In this document: in pieces, positions 12,269 to 22,753 of the stretch | Numbering within the stretch: position 1 is the stretch's first letter | Layout of the letters: every line of letters begins with the position of its first letter | Source of the DNA: a bacterium | GTDB taxonomy: Bacteria; Patescibacteriota; Dojkabacteria; JAKAPS01; JAJZLI01 | Reading direction: 5' to 3' | Length of the DNA stretch: 64,000 nt | Assembly (NCBI GenBank): GCA_021791275.1 | Contig: JAJYWX010000001.1 | Location: forward strand, 1,113 to 65,112 | Notes under the pieces: model-generated | What the model saw: the letters and a program-made list of their open reading frames with translations, nothing else | The model's database searches: none | What the model was told of the DNA's origin: nothing | Made by a program: the position numbers and the translations under genes

Positions 12269-12514
12269 TTAGTTATTTACTGTTTTTTTACTACAAGATT
12301 TAGCCGTAAAATTACTATTGACACAAATATATTGGCTTCTGGAAATAGCCTCTTTAAGAGTTGGAATATATAGTGACGTATCAAAATTTTGCAATAAATT
12401 TTGAGGAACATTTAAAAGAGACGAATTACTAGTATATGAGGAATAGATCGAGAAAACAATCCATATTACTATTACTATAAAAGTTAGAAGCACAATATTA
12501 AAAATTTTTTTCAT
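12269..12514 (-). CDS. Small membrane-anchored protein, last gene of the PilN/PilO-like cluster
   Basis: 81 aa, N-terminal hydrophobic helix, 6 nt after the upstream gene. Confidence 0.7.
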   Translation of the reverse strand: MKKIFNIVLLTFIVIVIWIVFSIYSSYTSNSSLLNVPQNLLQNFDTSLYIPTLKEAISRSQYICVNSNFTAKSCSKKTVNN

Positions 12515-12520
12515 AATTTT

Positions 12521-13150
12521 CTATTTTGAATAAAATACTAAAGCATCGAAACTTAAATTTCCTGACTGGAAAAATAACTGTGGTTCTAAAACATTGGAAT
12601 TATTTGTATTCGGTACATAATTGGCATTATATACTAATATTTTTTGAGGATATAAGGATAGTGTTTCAAGAACAGAAAGAAAATTTTGATAAGTTCCCAC
12701 ACCACTTACAGAAACAGAGAAATTATTATATAAATTAACAAAAGAAAGACTAGTAGGTAAACTCGCACTAGACCCAAAAGAAATAGATTGTAATGAAACA
12801 TTATTATTATTTAATATTTCATAAATATTTCCTAATATAAAACCAGTATTTTCATTATTTGGGAAAATTACTTTTAATTTATTATATTTACTTTTTACCT
12901 TTTTTAAATATATAGCATAAGTAGAATTTATATCTTGATATCTGGTAGACATCTGCTGGTTTTGTGTATTTATTATATTAATAGTATTTAACTCACTAAA
13001 TATAGAATTTAACGTTGGGTATATTGCAAAGACAACAAAAACTATTATTACTATTAGTGAAAATGTTACATAATAGTAAAACTGAAAACGTTTATCTTGA
13101 AAACTATTAACTATTAACTCTTTTCCTTTTTTAATATCAAATTTATCCAT
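12521..13150 (-). CDS. PilO-like type IV pilus alignment protein
   Basis: One TM helix, coiled segment, then FSVSVSGVGTYQNFLSVLETL ferredoxin-like pattern; follows a PilN-like gene. Confidence 0.7.
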   Translation of the reverse strand: MDKFDIKKGKELIVNSFQDKRFQFYYYVTFSLIVIIVFVVFAIYPTLNSIFSELNTINIINTQNQQMSTRYQDINSTYAIYLKKVKSKYNKLKVIFPNNENTGFILGNIYEILNNNNVSLQSISFGSSASLPTSLSFVNLYNNFSVSVSGVGTYQNFLSVLETLSLYPQKILVYNANYVPNTNNSNVLEPQLFFQSGNLSFDALVFYSK

Positions 13151-13721
13151 ATATTCCCTTTATATTAAAAGATAAAGAATATTGAATTCCAGATTGTCCT
13201 TGAGATGATGAAGAACTATTCGAAAGTTGTGAGACTAAAACATTTGAAAAATCTTTGGTATCAGATTTAAAGTTATTTTCTAAATTCTGAATATCAGAAT
13301 ATGAATTTGCTGTACCAGTTATATTCATTTTATTAGATTGTAGGGATATTCCTGAAACATATATAGTTTGAGGTATTAATGATATAACTTTATTTAAATA
13401 GTATTCATCATGCACATGTATTGCATAAACATTTGATAATGCAGATATTTTAACTTGGTAACTAGATATTGTATCTATTTTTTTCACTGTTGAACTAGAT
13501 TCTAGTTTGCTTTGAATATTAAGAGAATTTGAAACTGCTGAAGCATATTCCTGATTTATTATAAATTTAATCCCAAAAATAATTATAGTAACGACTTCTA
13601 CCCCTATAACTATATATCTACCATATTTAGTAGCCCATAAGTAAAATAAATCAAAGGAATTCTTTGGGGCGTCAATATTATTTAAAAGATTTATTCCATC
13701 TATATTATTTTTATTGGACAT
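13143..13721 (-). CDS. PilN-like type IV pilus alignment protein
   Basis: N-terminal INLL motif, one TM helix, IPQTIYVSGISL...MNITGTA, C-terminal YSLSF. Confidence 0.75.
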   Translation of the reverse strand: MSNKNNIDGINLLNNIDAPKNSFDLFYLWATKYGRYIVIGVEVVTIIIFGIKFIINQEYASAVSNSLNIQSKLESSSTVKKIDTISSYQVKISALSNVYAIHVHDEYYLNKVISLIPQTIYVSGISLQSNKMNITGTANSYSDIQNLENNFKSDTKDFSNVLVSQLSNSSSSSQGQSGIQYSLSFNIKGIYG

Positions 13722-13822
13722 GCTATTTGAAAGACTAACATAAATGTGATAGAATTAAAAGTTAGTTTTAGTTTGTCCTTTCAAAATTAATATTTTTTAA
13801 TAATATATGTATTCTAAAATTT

Positions 13823-14240
13823 GGGGATGACCGGATTTGACAAGGAAATAAAGGATATATATGGCAAGTAAAGATTTCGCAATCTTTTAAAAAATTGTGA
13901 AAAAATTAAATGCAAATAAAATAAAAAGTACGGTTTCTGAATTCTTTGCTAAATTAAAAGCAAATGTTTTTACACCTAACTATAACCTAAATTTAGCATA
14001 AATAAATTTAGAGTAAGGTAAGAATTGCTTGTAGATATTACCTTGCTTAAACATTAATACAAGATAATGATAAGCTTCTCTTAGTGTTTGGAGATTTATC
14101 ATGAAAAAAATTGTCCAAAACACTTGAATTATCTTTTTTTATCAAATTTTTATAGATAATCCAAACTTAAATTTGATAAACTTGTAATTCCATATGTATA
14201 CTTTTCTTCATGGATGTGGGTTCAACTCCCACCATCTCCA
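13823..14240 (+). ncRNA. ssrA: tmRNA; tag ORF 13912-14001 ANKIKSTVSEFFAKLKANVFTPNYNLNLA*
   Basis: 5' GGGGATGACCGGATTTGAC; 3' GGATGTGGGTTCAACTCCCACCATCTCCA; G3.U70 alanine identity pair; resume codon GCA after AAATTAAAT. Confidence 0.93.
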
Positions 14241-14276
14241 ATATATTTATGCTACATTTAAAACATTAAAAAAGAA

Positions 14277-15326
14277 TTAAGAGTGCCTAACTAAAACTAT
14301 ATCCCCATCTTCTAGTACATGTTCAGCCCCCATAATTTTTAACTTTCCACTCTCTTTGCAATTAGACCATCCTTGATATTTAATAAAGTCTTTATATGAG
14401 ACTAATTCCATTTTAATAAAATTTTTTGAAAAGTCTGAATGAATAACTCCTGCAGCATCTCTTGCATTAGTTCCCTTCTTTATAACCCAAGCTCGAATCT
14501 CTTTCTCCCCTACAGTAAAAAACACTTGCAATTCCAATTTATCAAAAGCATATCTTGTTAAAATATCAATCCCAGAAATTTCTATATCTAAATCATTTAA
14601 GAAAGATTCTTTTGAAATCGGATCCATTTTTGACAATTCATATTCAAATAAAATATTCATATATATATTGCCATTTTTATCAATATAAGCTTTATAATCT
14701 TCAGAATTATACAAATAAATAAAATTCTTATAAGTAAGAAAGTTAAATTCTCTAATCAATTCAGATTCTCTTTTATTAAGATCTATATGGTCTATTAACA
14801 AATTCCCTCCATCTAAAATATTTATTACTTTAGAAAATAAATCCATATATTCTGAATAATTACTATCTTTTTTTAATATTTTTTTTCCACCTTCAATAAG
14901 CTTCTCAGCTTTTTCTAAATCCTTTAATATTAACTCAGTATTAATTATGTCAATATCTCTTTCTACATTTACTGTATCTTCAACATGTATAATATTTTTA
15001 TCATTAAAATCTCTTACAACCTCTAAAATTAAATCCATATCACTTATATGAGACAGGAATTTATTACCTAATCCTTCTCCTTTGGATGCACCTCTAACTA
15101 ACCCTGCTATATCAACAAAAGTTATATATGCATTTACTATTTTTTGAGTTGGAGTAATAGAGCTTAATTCATCTAATCTATTATCTTTTACCATAACTAT
15201 ACCTGTATTAGGATCTATAGTGCAGAATGGGAAATTTTCTGAAGGAACTGAATTATTTGTTAATGTATTAAATAATGTCGATTTTCCAACATTTGGCATA
15301 CCAACTATACCTATTTTTAGGCTCAT
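14277..15326 (-). CDS. ychF: YchF ribosome-binding ATPase
   Basis: GMPNVGKST, FPFCTIDPN, DIAGLVRGASKGEGLGNKFL, TGS domain. Confidence 0.96.
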   Translation of the reverse strand: MSLKIGIVGMPNVGKSTLFNTLTNNSVPSENFPFCTIDPNTGIVMVKDNRLDELSSITPTQKIVNAYITFVDIAGLVRGASKGEGLGNKFLSHISDMDLILEVVRDFNDKNIIHVEDTVNVERDIDIINTELILKDLEKAEKLIEGGKKILKKDSNYSEYMDLFSKVINILDGGNLLIDHIDLNKRESELIREFNFLTYKNFIYLYNSEDYKAYIDKNGNIYMNILFEYELSKMDPISKESFLNDLDIEISGIDILTRYAFDKLELQVFFTVGEKEIRAWVIKKGTNARDAAGVIHSDFSKNFIKMELVSYKDFIKYQGWSNCKESGKLKIMGAEHVLEDGDIVLVRHS

Positions 15327-16666
15327 AATTTTTTACCTGTATCAAATAAATTCTTTTTAGCTATTGAAATTAGGTCTTTTCTATTATTCAAATTTGGATT
15401 ATCTATAACTTTATCTAAAAGTAATTCCAAAGCCTCTCCTAACTTTTTATCTTTTTTATAACCAATCTTTAATAAATCATTTCCATTTATAGATAAATCT
15501 TTCAATTTTAAATATCTATCTTTTTCTTCTATTGAATCTATTCGTGATTTCAATTGGGATAAATTATCAAAATCATAATTAGAAATTGGATTTCCTTTCT
15601 CATCAGCGATTCTTAATAAAAATAATAATTCTAAAGTATCCTTATCTCCAACCTTTCTTAAAAATCTTCTGACTGCAGAATCTGACCAACTTGGCTCGTA
15701 ATGAAATAAATGTAAATTAATTAATTTACAAGTTATTTCTATCTGTTCATTTGGAAATTTTAAACGATTCAAAATTTCATATGTTATTTCAGCTCCAACC
15801 TTCTCATGCCCGAAAAAGTGTTCCCCATCTTTTGTTTGCGGTTTACCTATATCATGAAACAATGCTGCTAATTTGACCTTTTTATCTGCAGAATCTAATG
15901 ATAATAATAAGTGATGGTAAACATCTAAAGAATGGTATTTATTCTGTTCAACCCCTAAACAGGTAACTAGTTCTGGAATTATATTACTCAAAATTTCAGT
16001 TTTCCTTAATAGTTCTATACCATATGAAGATTTGTCCTCATTAACTATTTTCATAAATTCATCCCTAATTCTTTCTGGTGATATCTCATTTATTAATTTT
16101 GAATTTTTTACAATTGATTTATATGTCAAATCTTCTATTTCAAAACCTAATTTAAATGCAAATCTTACCCCCCTCATTAACCTTAGTGCATCTTCCCTGA
16201 ATCTATCATCTGGATTACCTACTGATCTTATAATCTTTGAATTTAGATCATTAATACCCCCAAATACATCTATTATATTATCGCCCTTCATATCATATGC
16301 TATTGAGTTGATTGTAAAATCTCTTCTTTTTAAATCTTCCTTTATATCTGAGATAAATTCCACTTTCTGGGGATGCCTATGATCAGTATAATTTGACTCC
16401 TTTCTCAATGTTGTAATTTCTACCCTACTTTTACCGATTATTAACATTATTGTTCCAAATTTTTCTCCAAATAAAATTGCCTTTGGGAAAATTTTTTTTA
16501 ATTGATCTGGTTTTGCATTAGTAGCAAAATCATAATCTTCAATCTTCTTTCCTAATATAATATCCCTAATAGAACCTCCTACAAGAAATAATGAAAATCC
16601 AGCATTTAATATCTTATTTGATATATCAAATATATCTTTTTCTATATTATTTTTGATATCGTACAT
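15323..16666 (-). CDS. cca: Class II CCA tRNA nucleotidyltransferase with HD domain
   Basis: VGGSIRD..DYD, RRDFTIN, EDALR, FHDIGK; none of the tRNA genes here encodes CCA. Confidence 0.85.
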   Translation of the reverse strand: MYDIKNNIEKDIFDISNKILNAGFSLFLVGGSIRDIILGKKIEDYDFATNAKPDQLKKIFPKAILFGEKFGTIMLIIGKSRVEITTLRKESNYTDHRHPQKVEFISDIKEDLKRRDFTINSIAYDMKGDNIIDVFGGINDLNSKIIRSVGNPDDRFREDALRLMRGVRFAFKLGFEIEDLTYKSIVKNSKLINEISPERIRDEFMKIVNEDKSSYGIELLRKTEILSNIIPELVTCLGVEQNKYHSLDVYHHLLLSLDSADKKVKLAALFHDIGKPQTKDGEHFFGHEKVGAEITYEILNRLKFPNEQIEITCKLINLHLFHYEPSWSDSAVRRFLRKVGDKDTLELLFLLRIADEKGNPISNYDFDNLSQLKSRIDSIEEKDRYLKLKDLSINGNDLLKIGYKKDKKLGEALELLLDKVIDNPNLNNRKDLISIAKKNLFDTGKKL

Positions 16667-16667
16667 T

Positions 16668-18050
16668 TCAAATTTTTATTAAAAATGATCTATCCTTTAA
16701 ATCTATTATATTATAACCTAAAGAATTGATTTTATCCCTTAATTTGTCTGAATTATCCCAATCTTTTTCTAATCTATACTTATTTCTTAAATTAAGAAGT
16801 TCCAATAAATCATTAGGGACATCTGAATTAAATATATCAATAAAATTAAATGAGAATATATTGTCAAAGTCTAACATTGTTGTAATCTTTTCTGAATTAT
16901 TCAAATTTGGGTCTTTAACCATAGTCCAAAGTACATCAAGCATTCCAGGGGTATCTAGGTCATCCTCAATTTTTTTTATAAATAAGTCTTTATAGTTCTT
17001 ATTAACAACTGATTTGCCATCATAATTAGCTTTATTAAGGGCTATAAATTCATATAATTTTTTTAAAGCATTTTGTGCTGATAAAAGTGAATCAAATGTA
17101 AAATTTATTGTAGTTGAATAATGAGAGTTAAAGTATAAATACCTTAAAGCTAGAGGATTAAAATTTTTTTCTTCAAGATCCTCTATTAAGTATACATTAT
17201 TAAGACTTTTTGACATCTTTTTATTATCGATAAGTAACATACCACTATGAACCCAAAAATTGACAAAATTTCCATCAAATGCAGATCTACTTTGAGATAT
17301 TTCATTGACATTATGTGTGAGTTTTAAATCAATTCCAGACGTATGTATATCTATATTTTCACCCAGATATTTATATATAATCGCAGAGCATTCGATATGC
17401 CAACCAGGAAATCCTCTTCCCCAAGGACTATCCCATTGCATAATATGATTTTTATAGTATGTTTGCCATAATCGAAAATCCTGTTGATTTTTCTTCGTCT
17501 TATCAACAACTACCCCAGTTCTTGCAAAAGATTTTTGATTCTTATTAGTCTGATTTATCAAATTATCATATTCAGGAAATTTTGAAACATCAAAATATAC
17601 CCCTGTAGAAGTTTGATAAACAAAACCTTTCGATTCCAATATCTTTATGATTTCAATTATTGAATCAATATTTTCAGATGCTTTTGATATAACTGAAGGT
17701 TCCTTTATATTAACTTTTTTTATTGAATTAAAAAAATATTTTGTATAATTATCTATTATTTCATATATATCATTCCCTGTCTCCTCAGATTTCTTTTGTA
17801 TTTTATCTTCACCTTCATCTAAATCATTCATCAAATGACCAACATCTGTTATATTCATTACATCCTTTATATTAAATCCTAGGTATACCAAAGATTTTTT
17901 TAAAATATCCGAAGATATAAAGGATCTTAAATTTCCAATTGATACATTACTATATACAGTCGGGCCACAAGTATAAATCTTAACTTCATTATCACTAATT
18001 GTATAGAATTCCTTTTTGTTAGAAAAAGAATCTTTAATTTTAATTGTCAT
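16668..18050 (-). CDS. cysS: Cysteine--tRNA ligase
   Basis: CGPTVY, WDSPWGRGFPGWHIECS, KMSKS. Confidence 0.96.
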   Translation of the reverse strand: MTIKIKDSFSNKKEFYTISDNEVKIYTCGPTVYSNVSIGNLRSFISSDILKKSLVYLGFNIKDVMNITDVGHLMNDLDEGEDKIQKKSEETGNDIYEIIDNYTKYFFNSIKKVNIKEPSVISKASENIDSIIEIIKILESKGFVYQTSTGVYFDVSKFPEYDNLINQTNKNQKSFARTGVVVDKTKKNQQDFRLWQTYYKNHIMQWDSPWGRGFPGWHIECSAIIYKYLGENIDIHTSGIDLKLTHNVNEISQSRSAFDGNFVNFWVHSGMLLIDNKKMSKSLNNVYLIEDLEEKNFNPLALRYLYFNSHYSTTINFTFDSLLSAQNALKKLYEFIALNKANYDGKSVVNKNYKDLFIKKIEDDLDTPGMLDVLWTMVKDPNLNNSEKITTMLDFDNIFSFNFIDIFNSDVPNDLLELLNLRNKYRLEKDWDNSDKLRDKINSLGYNIIDLKDRSFLIKI

Positions 18051-18654
18051 ATGATAATCTTTTTTCTATGGCTTTCCCTATTGTATAAGAATCTATATAC
18101 TCTAGATTTGATCCCATAGGTAAACCCCTAGCAAGCCTAGAAAAACTTATATTTGGAAATTCTTTTAAATAATTTTTAATAAATATTGCAGTCGCATCAC
18201 CCTCAGTTGTAAAATTAGTTGCAATTAAAATCTCGTATTTATCAGTCTTATTTAATCTTTCTTTTAATTTTTCTAATTTTATATCATTAGGGTTAATATT
18301 ATTTATAGGAGAAATCAGCGCACCCAATATATGATATACACCGTTAAAAGATTTTGAATTCTCTATATATTCAACATCAGAACTACTTTCTAGGATACAT
18401 ATTAGCTTCTTATCCCTATCTCCATTAATACAGTATTTACAAGGGTTATTATTAACATCTGTAATGAAATTACAAATAACACAATTTTCTACATTATCAT
18501 TCAAATCTTTAAGAGATTTTATTAACTGAGGTATATTTGACTTATTGGAAATATAGAAATAGGCCATCCTAAGTGCACTCTTAATTCCAACTCCAGGTAT
18601 TTTAGAAAATTCTTTTGCTAAAGCTTCTATTGGATCCGAACTTTGACTATACAT
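18040..18654 (-). CDS. recR: Recombination mediator RecR
   Basis: IPGVGIKSA HhH, C4 Zn finger, Toprim EGDATA. Confidence 0.96.
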   Translation of the reverse strand: MYSQSSDPIEALAKEFSKIPGVGIKSALRMAYFYISNKSNIPQLIKSLKDLNDNVENCVICNFITDVNNNPCKYCINGDRDKKLICILESSSDVEYIENSKSFNGVYHILGALISPINNINPNDIKLEKLKERLNKTDKYEILIATNFTTEGDATAIFIKNYLKEFPNISFSRLARGLPMGSNLEYIDSYTIGKAIEKRLSYDN

Positions 18655-18657
18655 AAA

Positions 18658-18963
18658 TTAAACACCCATCATATTCTTTAACTTTGATAGATCCATATCC
18701 TTCGACATATCTTTGGCTATTTTCTTTTGAGCATCTTTATATGCTTCCTTGATATGTTCTATAAAATCAGATTTTCTATCCTTATCAAATAATATATCAT
18801 CTACATCCAAATCTACAATTTCTCCAGTACCATTTACTGAAACTTTCACCAAAGATTTTTTAGATTCTCCTTTAAAAATCTTTGACTCCATTTCTTTTTG
18901 AAGTTTTTTGGCTTCACTCTGTAATTTATATAAATCTTTTGCCTGAGAAAAAGGATTAGCCAT
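18658..18963 (-). CDS. ybaB: YbaB/EbfC nucleoid-associated protein
   Basis: VKVSVNG motif; sits in dnaX-ybaB-recR order. Confidence 0.88.
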   Translation of the reverse strand: MANPFSQAKDLYKLQSEAKKLQKEMESKIFKGESKKSLVKVSVNGTGEIVDLDVDDILFDKDRKSDFIEHIKEAYKDAQKKIAKDMSKDMDLSKLKNMMGV

Positions 18964-19026
18964 ATAAATTTATAGAAATAAACTAAACATTAATATAATA
19001 ACATAAAAGCTTAAATTTTAAAATTA

Positions 19027-20487
19027 TTATACTTCTAAGTCAAATACCTCTTTCAGGTCAGAATCTTCGATAAAATCATGGTTATTTTTTATTACGGGAA
19101 TAACATTCTTTTCAACTATACAATCAATATCAAAATTATCTCCATAAATTTCCTTAATTTTCTGAGATAGATATTTCTTTTCTTTTGTTTCATTTAGCAT
19201 ATCCTTATAAAAAGAGAATGGAACAACAATTATAAACTTATTACCTTCAATATAAAAATTGGATTTTGTTAAAAATCCACTCATATGGTGATTAAATTCC
19301 TTAGTTATATTTATAAGATTCATCCATAATTCATTATCAAAATTACCTTGCTGTGAATCATTTATAGTCACAGATTTCTTCATATTTACTTTATTTTCAA
19401 CATTTTTACTTTTAACTTTATTCTTATTAGCGCTTAAATCATTAATAATTGAAATTAAGGTTACTTCTAATACAATTTGATCTAAAGATGAAACCTTAAG
19501 ATCTTCTATAGAATCAATTAGTTTATTAATTATCTTTAATAAATCTTTGATCGATATATTTTTAAATATAGAATCATCTATATCATAATAGTTTTTTTGT
19601 AATACCCTGTTTATTAAAGTTTTTCTTATATAATCAATCGAATTCTTTATAAAAATACTTATACTTATATTATTACTCTTGAAGCTATCTAAGATATATT
19701 CAATATCTGAGTCAATTAAGTGTGCCCATATTAATTTTATGAATTCTAAATCTGGATAATTTAACAATGTTAAAACATCTGAATACTCAATTTTCCCGCT
19801 ATTTACTGATAATATTTTCTGCAATGATGTCATTAAATCTCTAAAACTGCCATCTGCAACTGTTATAAGAAGATCCTTTGTATTTTCACCCAAATTAATT
19901 TTTTCTGAATTTAAAACAGAATTTAAATATTTTGATAAATCATAATAAGATGGCCTTATAAAATCAAACCTCTGACATCGAGATATAATTGTTTGAGGAA
20001 CTTTATATATTTCTGTTGTAGCTAAGATAAAAATAACATTATTAGGAGGTTCTTCTAGTGTTTTTAACAATGCATTAAAAGCATCTGAGGTTAACATATG
20101 TACTTCATCTATAATATAGATTTTATAATGTCCTGAGCTAGGAACAAACTGTATCCTATTTTTTATATCCCTTATATCTTCTATACCTCTATTAGAAGCA
20201 GCATCTATTTCTATTAAGTCTAGAAAATTTCCATCTGTAATTTCTTTACAATTATCGCATTTATTACATGGATCACCATTTTTTAATATAGAATTACAAT
20301 TAATAGCTTTTGAAAAAATTCTTGCTAATGATGTTTTCCCTGTACCCCTAGGGCCAAAAAATATATATGCATTAGTTATAGAATTAGTTAATACTTCATT
20401 TTTTAATATTTTCACTATTGAATCTTGCCCCACAACTTGTGAGAAATTTTGAGGTCTATATTTTTGATATAATATGGATTCATTCAT
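19027..20487 (-). CDS. dnaX: DNA polymerase III gamma/tau subunit
   Basis: KYRPQNF, GPRGTGKTS, EIDAASN, DEVHML, SRC. Confidence 0.97.
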   Translation of the reverse strand: MNESILYQKYRPQNFSQVVGQDSIVKILKNEVLTNSITNAYIFFGPRGTGKTSLARIFSKAINCNSILKNGDPCNKCDNCKEITDGNFLDLIEIDAASNRGIEDIRDIKNRIQFVPSSGHYKIYIIDEVHMLTSDAFNALLKTLEEPPNNVIFILATTEIYKVPQTIISRCQRFDFIRPSYYDLSKYLNSVLNSEKINLGENTKDLLITVADGSFRDLMTSLQKILSVNSGKIEYSDVLTLLNYPDLEFIKLIWAHLIDSDIEYILDSFKSNNISISIFIKNSIDYIRKTLINRVLQKNYYDIDDSIFKNISIKDLLKIINKLIDSIEDLKVSSLDQIVLEVTLISIINDLSANKNKVKSKNVENKVNMKKSVTINDSQQGNFDNELWMNLINITKEFNHHMSGFLTKSNFYIEGNKFIIVVPFSFYKDMLNETKEKKYLSQKIKEIYGDNFDIDCIVEKNVIPVIKNNHDFIEDSDLKEVFDLEV

Positions 20488-21716
20488 ATAGATAAATCTT
20501 TTAAAGAAATAAATGTTTCTTTATTATCAACCAAGTTTTTTACCAATAATTTATTTTCTTTTAACTCTTTTTCACCTAAAATAACAAAATTTTTACAATT
20601 AATTTTTAATGCAAATTCTAATTGTTTTTTTAAATTCCAGTCATTATTAAGATTTAAAAGAACACTATCCCCATTTTCTCTAAGCTTACCTGCTATCTTT
20701 GAATAAAATTTCACATCAATATTGTCAAAAGTTGATATAAAATAATCATAACTAAAATTAATATTAATTTTCTTATTATATTCAGATATAAAAGACTGCA
20801 ATACTTCTATACCAAGACCTGCCCCTACACCAGAAATATCCTCTCCTCCTAGTAAAGAAATTAAATTAGAATACCTCCCTCCTCCAATAATAGATCTCTT
20901 GATTAAATTTTTACTATCCCATATTTCGAATACAGTACCAGTATAATAATCAAATCCCCTAACTATAGTTGGATCGTATATTAAATTTAGATCAAAACTT
21001 CTACCCAGATTTATAATATCATTTATTTCTGGAATGCTCTCAAATTCTTCCTTTGCAAGATACCTCATTACAGATTCAATATATTTTTTATCTTTTAATA
21101 GTTTTAATAATTCTGATTCAAATTGAGATTCTGTAATTTTATTCTTATGATCTATAAGGGACATAGTTTTATCAAAATCTTTAGTGTATTTTGACAAATC
21201 ACGGAAAACAGATTCTCTATTATTAAATAAAATTTTGAAATCTTTATCTTCAAACCCTAAATTTCTAAGTATACTTACACATATATTTATTATTTCTATG
21301 TCTGACAATAGACTATTATCTCCTATTATATCAACATTATATTGGCTAAATTGTCTAAACCTAGCTTTTTGAGGATTTTCATTTCTAAATACACTAGGTA
21401 TAGAGTACCATCTTATTGGTTTTTTATAATCAGTTGATCTTAATGCTAACATTCTAGCTAAAGTAGGTGTCATCTCTGGTCTCATTGTAAGCAATCTCCC
21501 TCCCCTATCCTTAAATGTGTATGTTTCTTGATTTAGAGAGTCTCCTGACTTTAATCTATATAAATCATTTTCTTCTAAAACTGGCCCATCATATTCTAAA
21601 TATCCGAAACTATTAGAAACTTTTCTTATAACGTCAGTTATATATTTCCTTTGAAGAAATTCTTCTGGATATATATCTTTAAAGCCTTTAATTGGGTTTA
21701 AATTAATTTTACTCAT
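20484..21716 (-). CDS. hisS: Histidine--tRNA ligase
   Basis: RPEMT, FRNENPQKARFRQF, VRGFDYYTG, GGGRY. Confidence 0.96.
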   Translation of the reverse strand: MSKINLNPIKGFKDIYPEEFLQRKYITDVIRKVSNSFGYLEYDGPVLEENDLYRLKSGDSLNQETYTFKDRGGRLLTMRPEMTPTLARMLALRSTDYKKPIRWYSIPSVFRNENPQKARFRQFSQYNVDIIGDNSLLSDIEIINICVSILRNLGFEDKDFKILFNNRESVFRDLSKYTKDFDKTMSLIDHKNKITESQFESELLKLLKDKKYIESVMRYLAKEEFESIPEINDIINLGRSFDLNLIYDPTIVRGFDYYTGTVFEIWDSKNLIKRSIIGGGRYSNLISLLGGEDISGVGAGLGIEVLQSFISEYNKKININFSYDYFISTFDNIDVKFYSKIAGKLRENGDSVLLNLNNDWNLKKQLEFALKINCKNFVILGEKELKENKLLVKNLVDNKETFISLKDLSI

Positions 21717-21718
21717 AA

Positions 21719-22729
21719 TTATTTATTTATTATATTTAGCTCAATTGAATCCCTAACTCTAGATAAAGTCTCATGTGCAATCTTTTTGCCTAATTTCGTT
21801 CCATCTCTTAGTATATCTAACAGATAATCTTCCCTGTTATCCAAGGCTAATCTTTTTTCCCTAATTGGAGCTATAAAATCATTTAGTACTTTATACAGCT
21901 TCTCTTTCACTTCTATATCACCTATTTTACCTCTGATATAGAGTTCCTTAAGATTTTTAACTTCATCTTTATCTAAATTGAATATATCATGAAATAGAAA
22001 TACAGCATTTCCTTCTATGTGTCCTGGATCATTTTTATGTATTCTAGTAGGATCTGTGTACATTTTCATAACTTTACTTTTTAGTTCATCTTCTGAATCC
22101 CCTAAATTTATTGTATTATTTAAGCTTTTTGACATTTTATTTGTTCCATCAATACCAACTAATCTTGGAGTTTCAGTTAGATAGATCTTAGGTAAGTTTA
22201 ATATTTCTCCATATAATTTATTAAATTTTTTTATTATTTCTCTTGATTGTTCAATTATCGATTCCTGATCTTCTCCTGCAGGAACAAGGTCTGCATTAAA
22301 AGCAGCTATATCTGCTGATTGATTTATAGGATAGGATAAAAACCCAATAGAAATTTTATCAAATTCAAACTCTCCTTCCTTTTGTATAATTTCACTTTTT
22401 ACAGTTGGATTCCTTAATGCCCGAGAAAGAGTTACTAAATTAGAAAAGATAATTGTTAAATCTGCAATTTCAGATATATCTGATTCTAATATAAAACTAA
22501 CCTTATTAGGATCTAGACCCACAGCTAAATAATCTTTCATCAGTTCTATAATATTTGATGACACTTTGTGAGGATTATTGAAATTATCCGTTAAGGCTTG
22601 TATATTAGCTATCAATATAAACATATCATACTCATTTTGTAATTCTACCCTAGACTTTAAGGATCCAACATAATGACCTAAATGTAATTTTCCCGTAGGC
22701 CTATCACCTGTCAATATTCTTTTTTTCAT
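21719..22729 (-). CDS. trpS: Tryptophan--tRNA ligase (ATG at 22729 preferred over TTG at 22747)
   Basis: TGDRPTGKLHLGH, KMSKS. Confidence 0.96.
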   Translation of the reverse strand: MKKRILTGDRPTGKLHLGHYVGSLKSRVELQNEYDMFILIANIQALTDNFNNPHKVSSNIIELMKDYLAVGLDPNKVSFILESDISEIADLTIIFSNLVTLSRALRNPTVKSEIIQKEGEFEFDKISIGFLSYPINQSADIAAFNADLVPAGEDQESIIEQSREIIKKFNKLYGEILNLPKIYLTETPRLVGIDGTNKMSKSLNNTINLGDSEDELKSKVMKMYTDPTRIHKNDPGHIEGNAVFLFHDIFNLDKDEVKNLKELYIRGKIGDIEVKEKLYKVLNDFIAPIREKRLALDNREDYLLDILRDGTKLGKKIAHETLSRVRDSIELNIINK

Positions 22730-22753
22730 GCAAATATTATATAACAAAAATTT

